Positions 36,392 through 51,658 of a DNA stretch of 51,658 bases are shown one piece after another. The DNA is taken from positions 1-51,658 of the forward strand of contig JAHLWZ010000627.1 in assembly GCA_020536535.1 (NCBI GenBank), read 5' to 3'. Under the pieces are notes generated by a model, which saw nothing but the letters and a program-made list of their open reading frames with translations, searched no databases and was not told the origin of the DNA. The stretch comes from Pelomyxa schiedti (lineage: Eukaryota > Protista > Evosea). How positions within the stretch are numbered: position 1 is the stretch's first letter; every line of letters begins with the position of its first letter. Both the position numbers and the translations under genes were made by a program.

Positions 36392-38329
36392 TTAGGAGCG
36401 GTATTGTTTCAAAGGAGGGTTGTTCAGTGTTCTTGTTGGGTTCTGCTTCTGTGGGGAAAGGTGAGTGGGTGGAGAGAGAAGCGAGGGTGGAACTTTCATG
36501 GTGCTTGTGTGGCTGGACTTTGCCATAGAGGACTGGCGCTCCAAGGGGGGAGTAGATGACACCGGTGCGAAAGACTGGCGGGTGGATCGGAAGTCGCGGG
36601 GATTCGCATTGGGGGGAACTGTGCTGGAGGCGCGGATTTGTGGTGGGGGAGTGGCGCGTGAGTGTCTGGGTGGTGTAAGGACAACAGGGTTGGAAATTGC
36701 GGGAGGAGGTGTATGTGCAGGAGAGGGTGTGCGTTGGTGGCTGTGTTTGTGGCTATGCTTGTGGCTGTGGGATTTGTGAATGGAGCGCGAGGAGGAAGAG
36801 TGGTGCTTGTGTTTGTGACGAGATTCTTCCTTGTGCTTGTGTGTGTGCTTGTGGGAATGGTCATGCTCCTTGTGCTTATGAGAAGATTCCTTATGCCTGT
36901 GCGTTTTTTCTTTGTGCTTGTGGGAACTCTTTTTGAGGTGCACATCCTTTCCACGTGTGGGGGCCTCCTCTTCCTCATGGCGATGCTTATGGCGATGCAC
37001 ATGGGCGGTGGATCGCGACTGCGCACGCAGATGTGTAAGGGGTGACGAGTAGGGGTTGGAAGGAGGGCCTGGTATGAACTGGTAGTCGAATTGCTGCTGT
37101 ATATGATAAGGATGCGCCGAATATTGAGCCCCAGAATATGGGGGAACACCAAACGGGATTTGAGGTGTTCTCGCTTGATGATGCTGGGATACTGCATACA
37201 AGTGACTGGGAGGATACACTTGCGAGGCATTATATTGATGGGTGAGTGGATACTGGACCAAAGGTGAGCCGGACCTATAAGCAGGATATATCACAGGGGA
37301 AGCACTTACCGCCAGACGTGGTCTAATGAGTGCCGGCTGGGGATTGCGGTCTCGGTATCGGTCACGGCGAGGCTGCACTGGAGACGTAGACGGTGAAGTT
37401 GCCGACCGAGAATGTGAACTGCTACTACGGTGTTTGTGGTGGTGACGTTGTTGTTTCTGGCTTCGGCGCGGTGTCTCTGCGTCAGTCCTATGAGCTCCAT
37501 ACGGGGGATCCACAGTCTGCGGGGTCCCTGCTGAAGCACCCTTTGTGGAGGGATCGGCACCAAACCCAAAATCTCCTCTATCTCCAGCCCTCGCATCCAC
37601 ATCAAATTCGACGCCACTCCAAGAGTCGTCAACCTCACTCCCAGTTTGCTCGCTTTGACTTCTGTCATTGCTCCGAGAACGACTTCTGTGGCCGCTTCCA
37701 CTGCCACTCCTACTAAGGCCCCCGCTTTGGTGCCTGCTTACACTCCCACTCGCGCCACTAGCACTCCCGGTCCAACTCCCACTGTTACCTTGACTAGAGG
37801 CCGAACTTCCACCCGCACTCACACCCCTCACGGCCGCCGCTGGTGGGGATTCAACAGGTGGGCTGAAGTTGAAGCTGGAGCTCTTCCCGGAGCTCTTCAG
37901 GTCTCTCGCGGGGGGCTTCGCGTAAGCTCCCTTGTCGTGCGTCGTCGTCGCGCCCTGCTGCGGCGGCGGCGGCGGCGCCGCCTCGTTCCTCGGGGTCTTC
38001 TGGCGAGCGGGAGGAGCCTCGTCGCCGCTCGGGATGCTGACTCTGCTCTTGGCGCTGCCGCTGTGGCTGTTGGACGTGCTCCTGCTGGTGCTCTTGGTGA
38101 CCCGCGAGGCGTCGCTTTGGCTCGCACTCGCGCTGCCGCCGCTGCCGCTGCGGCTTCCGTTATCGTCGCTTTTGCTGCTGCTGGCGCTTCCGCTCCCGCT
38201 ACCGCTGCGACTGCGGCTGTGTCGCGATTTGTTGGGGTCTTCGACGCCGTTTCCGGTGGCGAGGATCTCGGCCACGTTGGCGTCTTTCACTCGCTCGTCG
38301 ACCATGTTCATAAACTGGGAGAACCACAT
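36392..38329 (-). CDS. Intronless 645-aa low-complexity protein (Ser/Gly/Arg-rich, Tyr/Pro/Gln-rich and His/Lys-rich blocks)
   Basis: Uninterrupted 1.9-kb ORF with ATG and stop, GC-rich 5' end like neighbouring genes, and HKHKE-type repeats. Confidence 0.8.
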   Translation of the reverse strand: MWFSQFMNMVDERVKDANVAEILATGNGVEDPNKSRHSRSRSGSGSGSASSSKSDDNGSRSGSGGSASASQSDASRVTKSTSRSTSNSHSGSAKSRVSIPSGDEAPPARQKTPRNEAAPPPPPQQGATTTHDKGAYAKPPARDLKSSGKSSSFNFSPPVESPPAAAVRGVSAGGSSASSQGNSGSWTGSASGASGSVSRHQSGGLSRSGSGSGHRSRSRSNDRSQSEQTGSEVDDSWSGVEFDVDARAGDRGDFGFGADPSTKGASAGTPQTVDPPYGAHRTDAETPRRSQKQQRHHHKHRSSSSHSRSATSPSTSPVQPRRDRYRDRNPQPALIRPRLAVSASPVIYPAYRSGSPLVQYPLTHQYNASQVYPPSHLYAVSQHHQARTPQIPFGVPPYSGAQYSAHPYHIQQQFDYQFIPGPPSNPYSSPLTHLRAQSRSTAHVHRHKHRHEEEEAPTRGKDVHLKKSSHKHKEKTHRHKESSHKHKEHDHSHKHTHKHKEESRHKHKHHSSSSRSIHKSHSHKHSHKHSHQRTPSPAHTPPPAISNPVVLTPPRHSRATPPPQIRASSTVPPNANPRDFRSTRQSFAPVSSTPPLERQSSMAKSSHTSTMKVPPSLLSPPTHLSPQKQNPTRTLNNPPLKQYRS

Positions 38330-39029
38330 CGCTTGACGGCAAGATCTCGCTTTGCTGGGTGCCTGTGCGTGCTTGCCTGCGGTTGTGCCCTGTTTGTTTT
38401 TTTTGTTTTTTTATTTTGGTTTTCATTCTCTTGATTTCACATTCGGCGAAGTTCAGTTCAATCCAACTCGTCAATTCTTGATGTGTTGATGTTTGTAGTT
38501 TGCCCCGCCTGAAGGCCCATAATTACTTTGTGTGGCTGGCTCATCCTCGGGACTACTACTTCTTCTGAGGTTTTGTGAACAAGACTCAGGGCAACAAGGC
38601 TTTGTCCGTGTAGTCCTGTCAATCATGTTCACACAACCTGATGTCTTAAAGATATCGTGTGGTCATTTCAAGCCTCTTTCTCTTTTGATTCAAAGTCTGC
38701 TGTTACAGGCCCCACACAGCACCTTTTTATTCTTTCTCTTCGGCTGTAGAGTTCCCATAATACCAATCCCTTGTAGTTGATTTGGTGACGAGTACGCAAA
38801 CAAATCTTAAATGCCTCAGAGAACTTCTTCATCCGGGGTTGGTGTCCTGTGCTTTCTTCGTCTTCGAGGTTCGTAGATTTGTTGTGCCCAAATGAGACAG
38901 CCCCAATTTTACAATAAGGTTGTTTTCAGTCGGCACCTACATCATGCCTTTGAATTTGTATTTTTGCCTGTTAGCACTTCAAACAAGAGTGAGTGCATTC
39001 CTAACAATGGAAGAGTGTAAACCTACTAA

Positions 39030-42000
39030 TTAATTTTTGGCTGGCTTGTATGCGGGTGACAGTGGGGGTTGTGTGATGTTAATCTGCACGTTTTCATCCT
39101 GTAAAATAATGGAGTTCCAGTCACGTGCAAAGAGCGTAGCAAGGTGGTCAAACGGTGCCGTAATTGGAGCCAGTGGTTGCGGCGGTTGTGATTGCGGTTG
39201 TGGCTGTGGCTGTGCTTGGGGAATTGGAGAGGGTAAGGGTGAGGAGCTTGGGGTATTTGATGGGGAAATAGCGGGTGCTGGGGGAGTCGGCTCAGGAAGT
39301 AATGCCGGTACTTGAGGTGTGACACTAGGGGTTGTTGTAGCATCCGTTTGCATGGGCACTGGTTGAGAGGATTGAGTTGTTGTGGAGACTCCTACAGATG
39401 CAGATGGGGTTGTAGACTCCATCTCTCTGTAAAGTTCTACCACTTTTGTGCTGAGAACTTGGGCAACAACTTGTGCCCACTCGGGAACTAGCGCACTAAC
39501 GTGCTTCACATCCATGAGTATACTTAAATTTAGAGAAGCGCAACCGACCTGGAATACAAAATAGCACAGAATGATACGAACATCCTCCACTCCGCCAACA
39601 AGTGCCGCTTGCATTGCATGTACCACGTGGTGAACGAAACACTTCCACCAATTCTGGAGAGGTAAACCTAAAGAAAGACGAGCGCCAGATTACCTTGCAT
39701 GCCTCAGCAAATGGGAAAGGAGTCTGCTCCGTTGTAGTATAGTTGGCTGCAGCAACATGAAGGAATGAAACAACGTGTTGTGTTGCTATGTTGTTAACAA
39801 CATCAGACAATTTGATTCCTGGTCGTACTCGGGCTACAGCTTCCTAAGATTTATGGAGAAATGGGTAAAAAGGAAAAACATCAGAGTGTTACAGGTGGAA
39901 GAGCTTCTTCTCGGATATAGGTTCGCAATTCTTCTGCAATTTGTTGCCCAAAACGGTTCATGTTTTCGGTAGTTGGTTCTCCCACATTTGACAAAACCCA
40001 CCGTTGCAGTGGTGCATGCAACCTTTGGATTGGTGCGAGCTGTCCTGTCATAATGCTCATTGTGTCTTGAAGTGTCGTGCTATCAAAGATAACTGAGAGT
40101 ACTTCGCCTAGTGCACCTGAAAACTAATTAGATTTGGATGAGCAGGTAGCAAAGAGTCAGTACCTCCTATATCATCGTCCTCGGGGAAAAGGCCACGGAG
40201 GTGGGTAGACATAGATTGAATTGTGTCCGTTATAGTACTGTTCCCAGGTGAAGAAGATGCCGCAGTTGTTGAAGGGGCGGCATTTGACGCACCGAACATC
40301 ATATTGACTAGTTGGCCCATTACTTGTGTTATTGGGGACTGTGAAGGTTGAGCTGGAGAATCGGCCGTTTGTTGAGATGGTTGCTGTGGCTGTGATGGTT
40401 CCGGAGTCTGAGATGGGGCCGCAGAGGGCTCTGTTGCTTGTGTTGCTTGGGTAGCTACACCCATAAACACGTCCATTGCCTGTTGCATCATAGCTGTAAG
40501 GGGATCAAGAGAGTTGGCAGTAGCCTGGAATAGTGTAAAAATAAAAATTACACTTGGGCTGGGTTACGGTTGAGGGTGCTGTCTGCTCTGTCGTCTGAAC
40601 AGTGGTACCTGAACCACCAAAAGACTGGAAGACAGAATTGAAAAAACTTCCCAGGTCTGAGGGTGCAGTTGGAGCATTTGATTGTGACAGTGGAGGGGTT
40701 GGTCCTTGTGTGCTACTTGCAGGTACTTGTGTCGGTGTAGCTTGAACTGGTGGGGCTGTAGGGGTTTGTGTACCAGATTGGGGGTGCTGGTGCACGTGAA
40801 TACGAACATTTGGATGGGGTTGATTGCTGTTAGTATTCTGTGGGGAAGGCTGCAACTCGTTGATAACATTATTAGAGGAAGAAAAATACCTGCAGTCCTG
40901 GTGGAAAAACTCTCCGAGTCCAGTGTGCCTTTTGTCAGAATGAGAGGAAAATAATAACGAAAGGAAAAACCAGAGGTTCTGTGGGTCTTGCTTGCCCAGG
41001 TGCACTCCCGAGATCAACTGTACAAAAGTATGGCAAGAGAAAACTGAGCAAGTTGCTCATAGTTCTTGCTGTCACTGATAACTCCCTTCCAACTCGCAGA
41101 CAGTCGGACCTGTGGTGTTTATTTTTTAGTGAAAAGGTTTTTTTTTGGTTACCTTTCTTGTGGGTTGGTTAGAGAGGCCTCCCTACTCAATAATTGACCC
41201 CAATGGCGGAGGAGATCTGCCATCACTGACATCTGTGCACTCAAGTGGTTAACCGCAGAACCTGAGTGTATGTTATCAAAGGAGAGAAAAAAAGGGGGAG
41301 GAACCAAGTTGTGGAATTATATCAGATGAGGGCATGGGAGGAAGCCGCGGAGGTGGATCCAGAGGCCTGTGAGTGATGGTAGATAATGAATTCAGTTTTG
41401 CGTTGAGAACATCTTGCATGCGGGTCATGTTGTTTAGAGAATCCTTGAGGAGTTAGGCAAAAAAGAAAAGGCATAAGCAGGCACCATGGGTAGTGCGGTT
41501 CTACTTGGTGTTGGTTGCCCCTAATACCAAATTAAGAAAAATGAGTCCACACAAAAGTGTGCTGAAACGTACTTGATTAGGATCACTCGGCATTGGCGAT
41601 GGAGGCATAGCGATTGTTCCAAAGAAGACACGAGGGGCGCTTGACCACCGCATGGCAAAGGGGTCAGACCCGCCAGGGGGTTGTGTTGTTTGAGGCTGTG
41701 CGGTGGCAGGTGGAGGTGGGGGTTGTGGTTGTGCAGGAGTTGAAGGCTGGGGGGCGGGCGACGGCGCGGTGTTGGCACCTAATGTGCAAGAGAATTACTT
41801 TGTTTCATTACACTGACTGCGAGGGAGGGGAGGGTACCGGGAGGTCGCTGGACCAAATGCAGAGTGAAATCGGGTTTGATGTCTTGTAGTGGAGAATTAA
41901 GAGTGGGCGCGAAAGGACAACAATAATTACTGTAGAAAAGCACGGTCTGCGCATCGTGTAAAACTCTTCCTTGGAAAATAATACGCTGCGAGGCCGAGGG

Positions 42001-42194
42001 AATTCCAGAGGACCCTTCCAACTTGGCTTTTACGGCCTCGATCGTGTCCTGGTAAATAAAAAGAATAAAACAATAAAAACAAACGGCAGATCTCAGGAGG
42101 GTTGGACAAAGCGAGTGCATACATTGGGAGATACTGCAATACGATGGACTTTGCCGTCGAGTGTTTTCACGTTGACCTCAAACTCATCGTCCAT
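39030..42194 (-). CDS. BAG6: BAG6/BAT3-like large proline-rich protein (N-terminal ubiquitin-like domain)
   Basis: UBL: FEVNVKTLDG...QRIIFQGRVL...TLHLVQRPP. C-terminal WNSIILQD...QPPLSPAY matches the BAG6 motif WVPIIQQD...QPPLSDAY. Confidence 0.82.
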
Positions 42195-42452
42195 TTTTTT
42201 TTTCTTTTGTTTTGAAAACAACATGAAATTAATTATTACTGCAGCGCAGGCCAGGACACAGTCCTGTGACACTCTGTGCAGCCTCAGTGGTTTGAGATTC
42301 CCTTCCCTTCGATTTCCTTCAGGGACAACCAGATTATCTCAATACTGGGACTGGATCTTTGGAAATCTGGTGCAAAATTCCTTAGTACTGTTAGCTGAAA
42401 CTGCGGTGGCACTTTCATCACGGTTCATCACAAAACAAAAATAAATACAAAA

Positions 42453-47068
<4,616 letters not shown>

Positions 47069-47206
47069 TTGTATTCTAGTATGTCACATTTTGGACAAGT
47101 ACTGTGGCATATTGTATACTTGTCTTAAGTAGTTTTTAAAAACCCAAGGGCAACCCAAAAACGTGGTCCCTCGATTTTTTTTCTTTGCTTTTAGAAATAC
47201 ATGTAG

Positions 47207-47855
47207 CTACAGGTTCACATTTTCAGTTGAAACCTTGAATGAAATGACTTCTTCATTGCCCATTGCTCGCAAGCATGTCACTGTAATATTGTGTCCGTCT
47301 GAAAAGGCGGCAGAGAGGGAAGCACCAAGTTCACCATCAGGTAACAACATCTCCTTAATTGCCCCAACATCATTCAGCAGGGAGATTGTCTTGCCTTCAA
47401 CATTGATAACGTCATAGTCAACAGAGCTCACGTAAGGTACCATCCTGCAGTACAACATCACTATTTTTGCAAATTAATTAGAACAAACTAAAAGTAAGCA
47501 GTCAGTGGGCAATGCCAGAACAATAAAAAAAAAAAAAAAGGAAATACCATGTTGTAGACGGAACGGCACACTTCCTCAAGTTGCCTTCCTGTGAAAATAT
47601 CACGCCCCAGAAATCGCACTTGTGTGCTTCCGGCCCGGTTATACTTAGATGTGTCGGTGTCTAGTATCTTGCACGGCGCGCCTTGGAGTACAACATAGCC
47701 ACCCTTGCGTAGAGAAGAGCACGGCACTCGGTAAACGATGGTGTTCTTTTTATTTTCCCAGTGGTTAACAACCGAGGGGCATCAAACGGTTTCGTTTTGA
47801 GATTCCAGGCGCGTACCTCGCCCTCGTCACGTTCATGCTCCTGCGAAGTCGACAT
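47207..47855 (-). CDS. Divergent eIF5A paralog lacking the hypusine Lys; possible pseudogene (1-nt frame anomaly)
   Basis: CSSLRKGGYVVLQGAPCKI..TSKYNRAGSTQV.F.GRDIFTGR..EEVCRSVYNM and the C-terminal OB-fold (VTCLRAMGNEEVISFK) align with eIF5A. See findings for the anomalies. Confidence 0.85.
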
Positions 47856-47891
47856 CGCAAGCGATTGCAGGAGTTTGTGTCGGTTTTGGTG

Positions 47892-49314
47892 ATGGAAACT
47901 GACCCGCTGAAGAAAGAAGTTGGGTGCAGCTTCCCCTACTTTTTTGTTCATCAATTTCCACATTCAACTCGAACAGTTGAAGCTGCACCAATTGCTGCAG
48001 TTCCAAGAGAAGAAAAAGGTAAAACAAAACAACGGTGACCAGAATGCACAGTATAATAATTCAAACAGAATGGTCGAGACAGCAAAGCTGAAGTTCACAA
48101 CACTAAATGTTTTTGACGAACAGAGAGAAGCACAACTGAATGTAATCGCCAGTGCCTCGGAGGTTGGTGGGAATTTGGTTTTTGGCTTGGAGTTGGTAAC
48201 TTTTGCCCTAGTCCATGAATGATGTGGAAGGGTTTCCTAGGCTTTGGTCAACCGCAAACTTCACTCTGAACCTGCCGTCACCAGATTTCAGTATGAAAAT
48301 AATCTAATACCCGTTTTCCCATAGTGTAATGATAAATCTCAGTTCCTCAGTTTGTGAATTACTATGAGGATATTCAAGAAAGCCTTCCCTGGCCTCTTAA
48401 GTATGATTCCTGGGAGGGCCTGTCATTTCTTCCCACAAGATTTTTCCTTGTCCCAACTTCAGGTAGACAACTCCCAAGCTTTCCTTCGGCCTAATATAAT
48501 TTCAGGTGACGGTAATTGCCTATGCAATGCAATGAGCTTGAGTCTATGGAGAGCCAATGACAGTAATAAGATGCTCAGGAACACTCTGGGAAATGCCTTG
48601 GCTAAAAACAATGAAGCGGTCCATGAAAGATTCATGCATAACACAAAGCTACCGTATGTTAGGGACTTGCCTTGCAATTATACTTAATAGAGGTCTCAGT
48701 TGGGGAATTGCCGAGGAAGAGTGGCAACTTGACCTGAATTCCATCTTGGTTGACCCTGGATTCTATCTTAGTGACACACACATCTTCATGCTGGCAAACT
48801 TTCTTCATAGGTTTGTTGGCTTCCGTAATAACTGGTTCCTTATATTATCACTCCCACAGACCAATTGTCGTTTTCGGTGGCAAAGGTTCTACCCCTGTGA
48901 TATCTGGAATATACCTACCATTACTGTGTCCTCCAGAGTCATGTTTTCCAGTTCCAATACCCATGGTTTACTTCCATGCACACTTCATCACTGTAGGGTT
49001 CCTTCAGTATGCTATCAGGGTATGTTCCCACACAATCACAGCTCAAGTCAACCACTTCCACACAGAGCTTTTATGCCCTACCACTGTGTTCAGCCAATAA
49101 GCAGCCACTCAAGTTACATTTCTTGACAGCAGAGGAGGAAAGGAAGCTACAAGAGATTGGACAGAAGGCATTCCTGGGAAGGTGGATGTGCCTTATAGAA
49201 GAGGGTACAGTTTCATTTGCTGTGATGTCACCTCCATCACTACCTCTACCTGCACTGCAACAGGCCAATACTCGGTACCAACAACTGCAGGAAGAAATAA
49301 GAAGAAATCTGTAA
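47892..49314 (+). CDS. A20/OTUD7/TRABID-type OTU deubiquitinase
   Basis: Spliced LVPTSGDGNCLCNAMSLSLW (catalytic Cys), HIFMLANFLHRPIVVF, GIYLPLLCPPESCFPVPIPMVYFHAHF (catalytic His) and LPL...PLKLHFL. Confidence 0.92.
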
Positions 49315-49429
49315 AATAGATAGTATGCTGGTTGGCTAAGCCTAAGAGAATGTAAAAATAACAATGAAAAACTAAAAAAAAACTGTGTTATCTTTTTAAG
49401 AGAGGCTTTGGCATAGCATTATCCACCTA

Positions 49430-50675
<1,246 letters not shown>

Positions 50676-50940
50676 GGGACGATGATAGGGGAAGTTATGT
50701 GACTCTGAGCTTGCAATAAAACTTAAACGAAACCATTCGCCATTCGTTTGGCAGGGTGGGTGCAGGGGTTGCAAAGCAGCTGGCCAGCTCCTGGAGGGCG
50801 CTGAAAGATCTGTGAGACGTTTGATGGCTCCAGATTCCATCGAACTTCAACGAGGAATCTGCCGAAAGGGAATTAGAAAAAGCAGAGAACCACTCCTGGA
50901 AACGGGTTTTTCCAATAAAACAGACACAGCACCAGGGTGC

Positions 50941-51658
50941 ATGTCGTGGGCTAGCGAGTTCCTGGTGGCGGAAGAGTGGTGGGCGTGCTACATCGGCGTC
51001 TCGGCGTGGGCGATCCTCACCTCTCTGGCCCTCCTGTTCCCATCGTCGGCCTCGTCCATCTCGTGGACGCCCCGGGCGTGGTCGGGCGCGGCGGACCTCG
51101 CGGCGGACATGTCGGCGCCGAGCGTGGCGTGGCTGGCGTGCGTGGGCGTGTTCGTGGTCGGGTCGCTGACGCTCGCGCGGATGGCGACGGCGACCCTGGC
51201 GAGCGACGCGAGGTGCCGCCCGTTGGCCTCCTACGCGTGGGGCGTGTGCGTGGTGTTCGTGCTGTCCGCTTTGAGCAGTTTTCTTGGCTCCTGTACTTGG
51301 TTGTCACGGTATGAGCTGGGCTACTCGGCGGTTTTTTTTTTTTCCCTCCCACAAAAATCTGCATCTGATGGTGTCTGCATCCCATCATCTGATTGGTTTT
51401 TTCGTTGGTCTTTTTTTTTTTTTTCCCTTTCTTTTCTTCCCTTCTCTTTAATGTGTTGAACGACTTGGAGACCGCAACCACACATGGAAAAACCCTCACA
51501 CAAAAGACCCCAAACAAACAATCAAAAAAAAAAAAAAAAAAAAAAAGATTTGGGCTAGATAGTACCGTGTGGGCACTTGCCTTTGGAATTGTACTCAGTA
51601 ATACTATGGGAGTGAACCTTCCAGAATTCTTGCAATTAGTGTCCACAAAGGCAGACTT
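50941..51658 (+). CDS. YeiH / putative sulfate exporter (PSE) family membrane transporter, 5' part (runs off the window)
   Basis: N-terminal EEWWACYIG motif, multiple TM helices, and a downstream exon FGLDSTVWALAFGIVLSNTMGVNLPEFL, as recalled for YeiH-like transporters. Confidence 0.65.

Noticed and set aside
37646-38434. 262-aa plus-strand ORF
   Set aside because: Shadow of the GC-rich 5' part of the 645-aa minus-strand gene.
38670-38930. Minus-strand open frame downstream of the BAG6-like gene
   Set aside because: Short, with no homology and no convincing start or splice link; probably 3' UTR or intergenic.
51017-51646. 209-aa minus-strand ORF
   Set aside because: Antisense to the GC-rich transporter exon and runs through poly-A/T intron tracts.

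Overview
Gene-dense eukaryotic genomic DNA in the standard genetic code, with many short (about 28-100 nt) GT-AG introns, so most tracked ORFs are single exons or shadow frames. I reconstructed the splicing by hand, so coordinates are first-to-last-codon estimates. The gene content (ROCO kinase, receptor-type adenylyl cyclase, 'HxRCGxxSPARxL' family protein) suggests a free-living amoebozoan or similar protist, possibly Pelomyxa-like (inference only). About 21 protein-coding genes, in order: unknown F-box-like-motif protein, NCS2/SLC23 permease, class III cyclase, C2-PH-RhoGAP, CDC123-like ATP-grasp, unknown beta-sandwich protein, two tandem membrane-protein paralogs, ROCO kinase, importin alpha, linker-histone H1-WWE fusion, ZMAT2/Snu23, unknown protein, membrane-anchored bacterial-type alpha/beta-hydrolase, His/Lys/Ser-rich disordered protein, BAG6-like, STE20 kinase, divergent eIF5A, A20-type OTU deubiquitinase, PTP/DSP phosphatase, and a YeiH-like transporter cut by the window end. 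Highlights: (1) an eIF5A paralog with Arg at the hypusine Lys position and a 1-nt frame anomaly, with its ATG 36 nt from the divergent OTU gene ATG; (2) an H1 globular domain plus Lys-rich tail fused to a WWE (ADP-ribose reader) domain; (3) a CDC123-like ligase ending in a CaaX box; (4) a conserved 3-nt microexon or recursive splice site in both tandem paralogs; (5) eight head-to-head gene pairs, many with GC/CpG-rich 5' ends. I found no rRNA, tRNA, CRISPR array or recognisable transposase.
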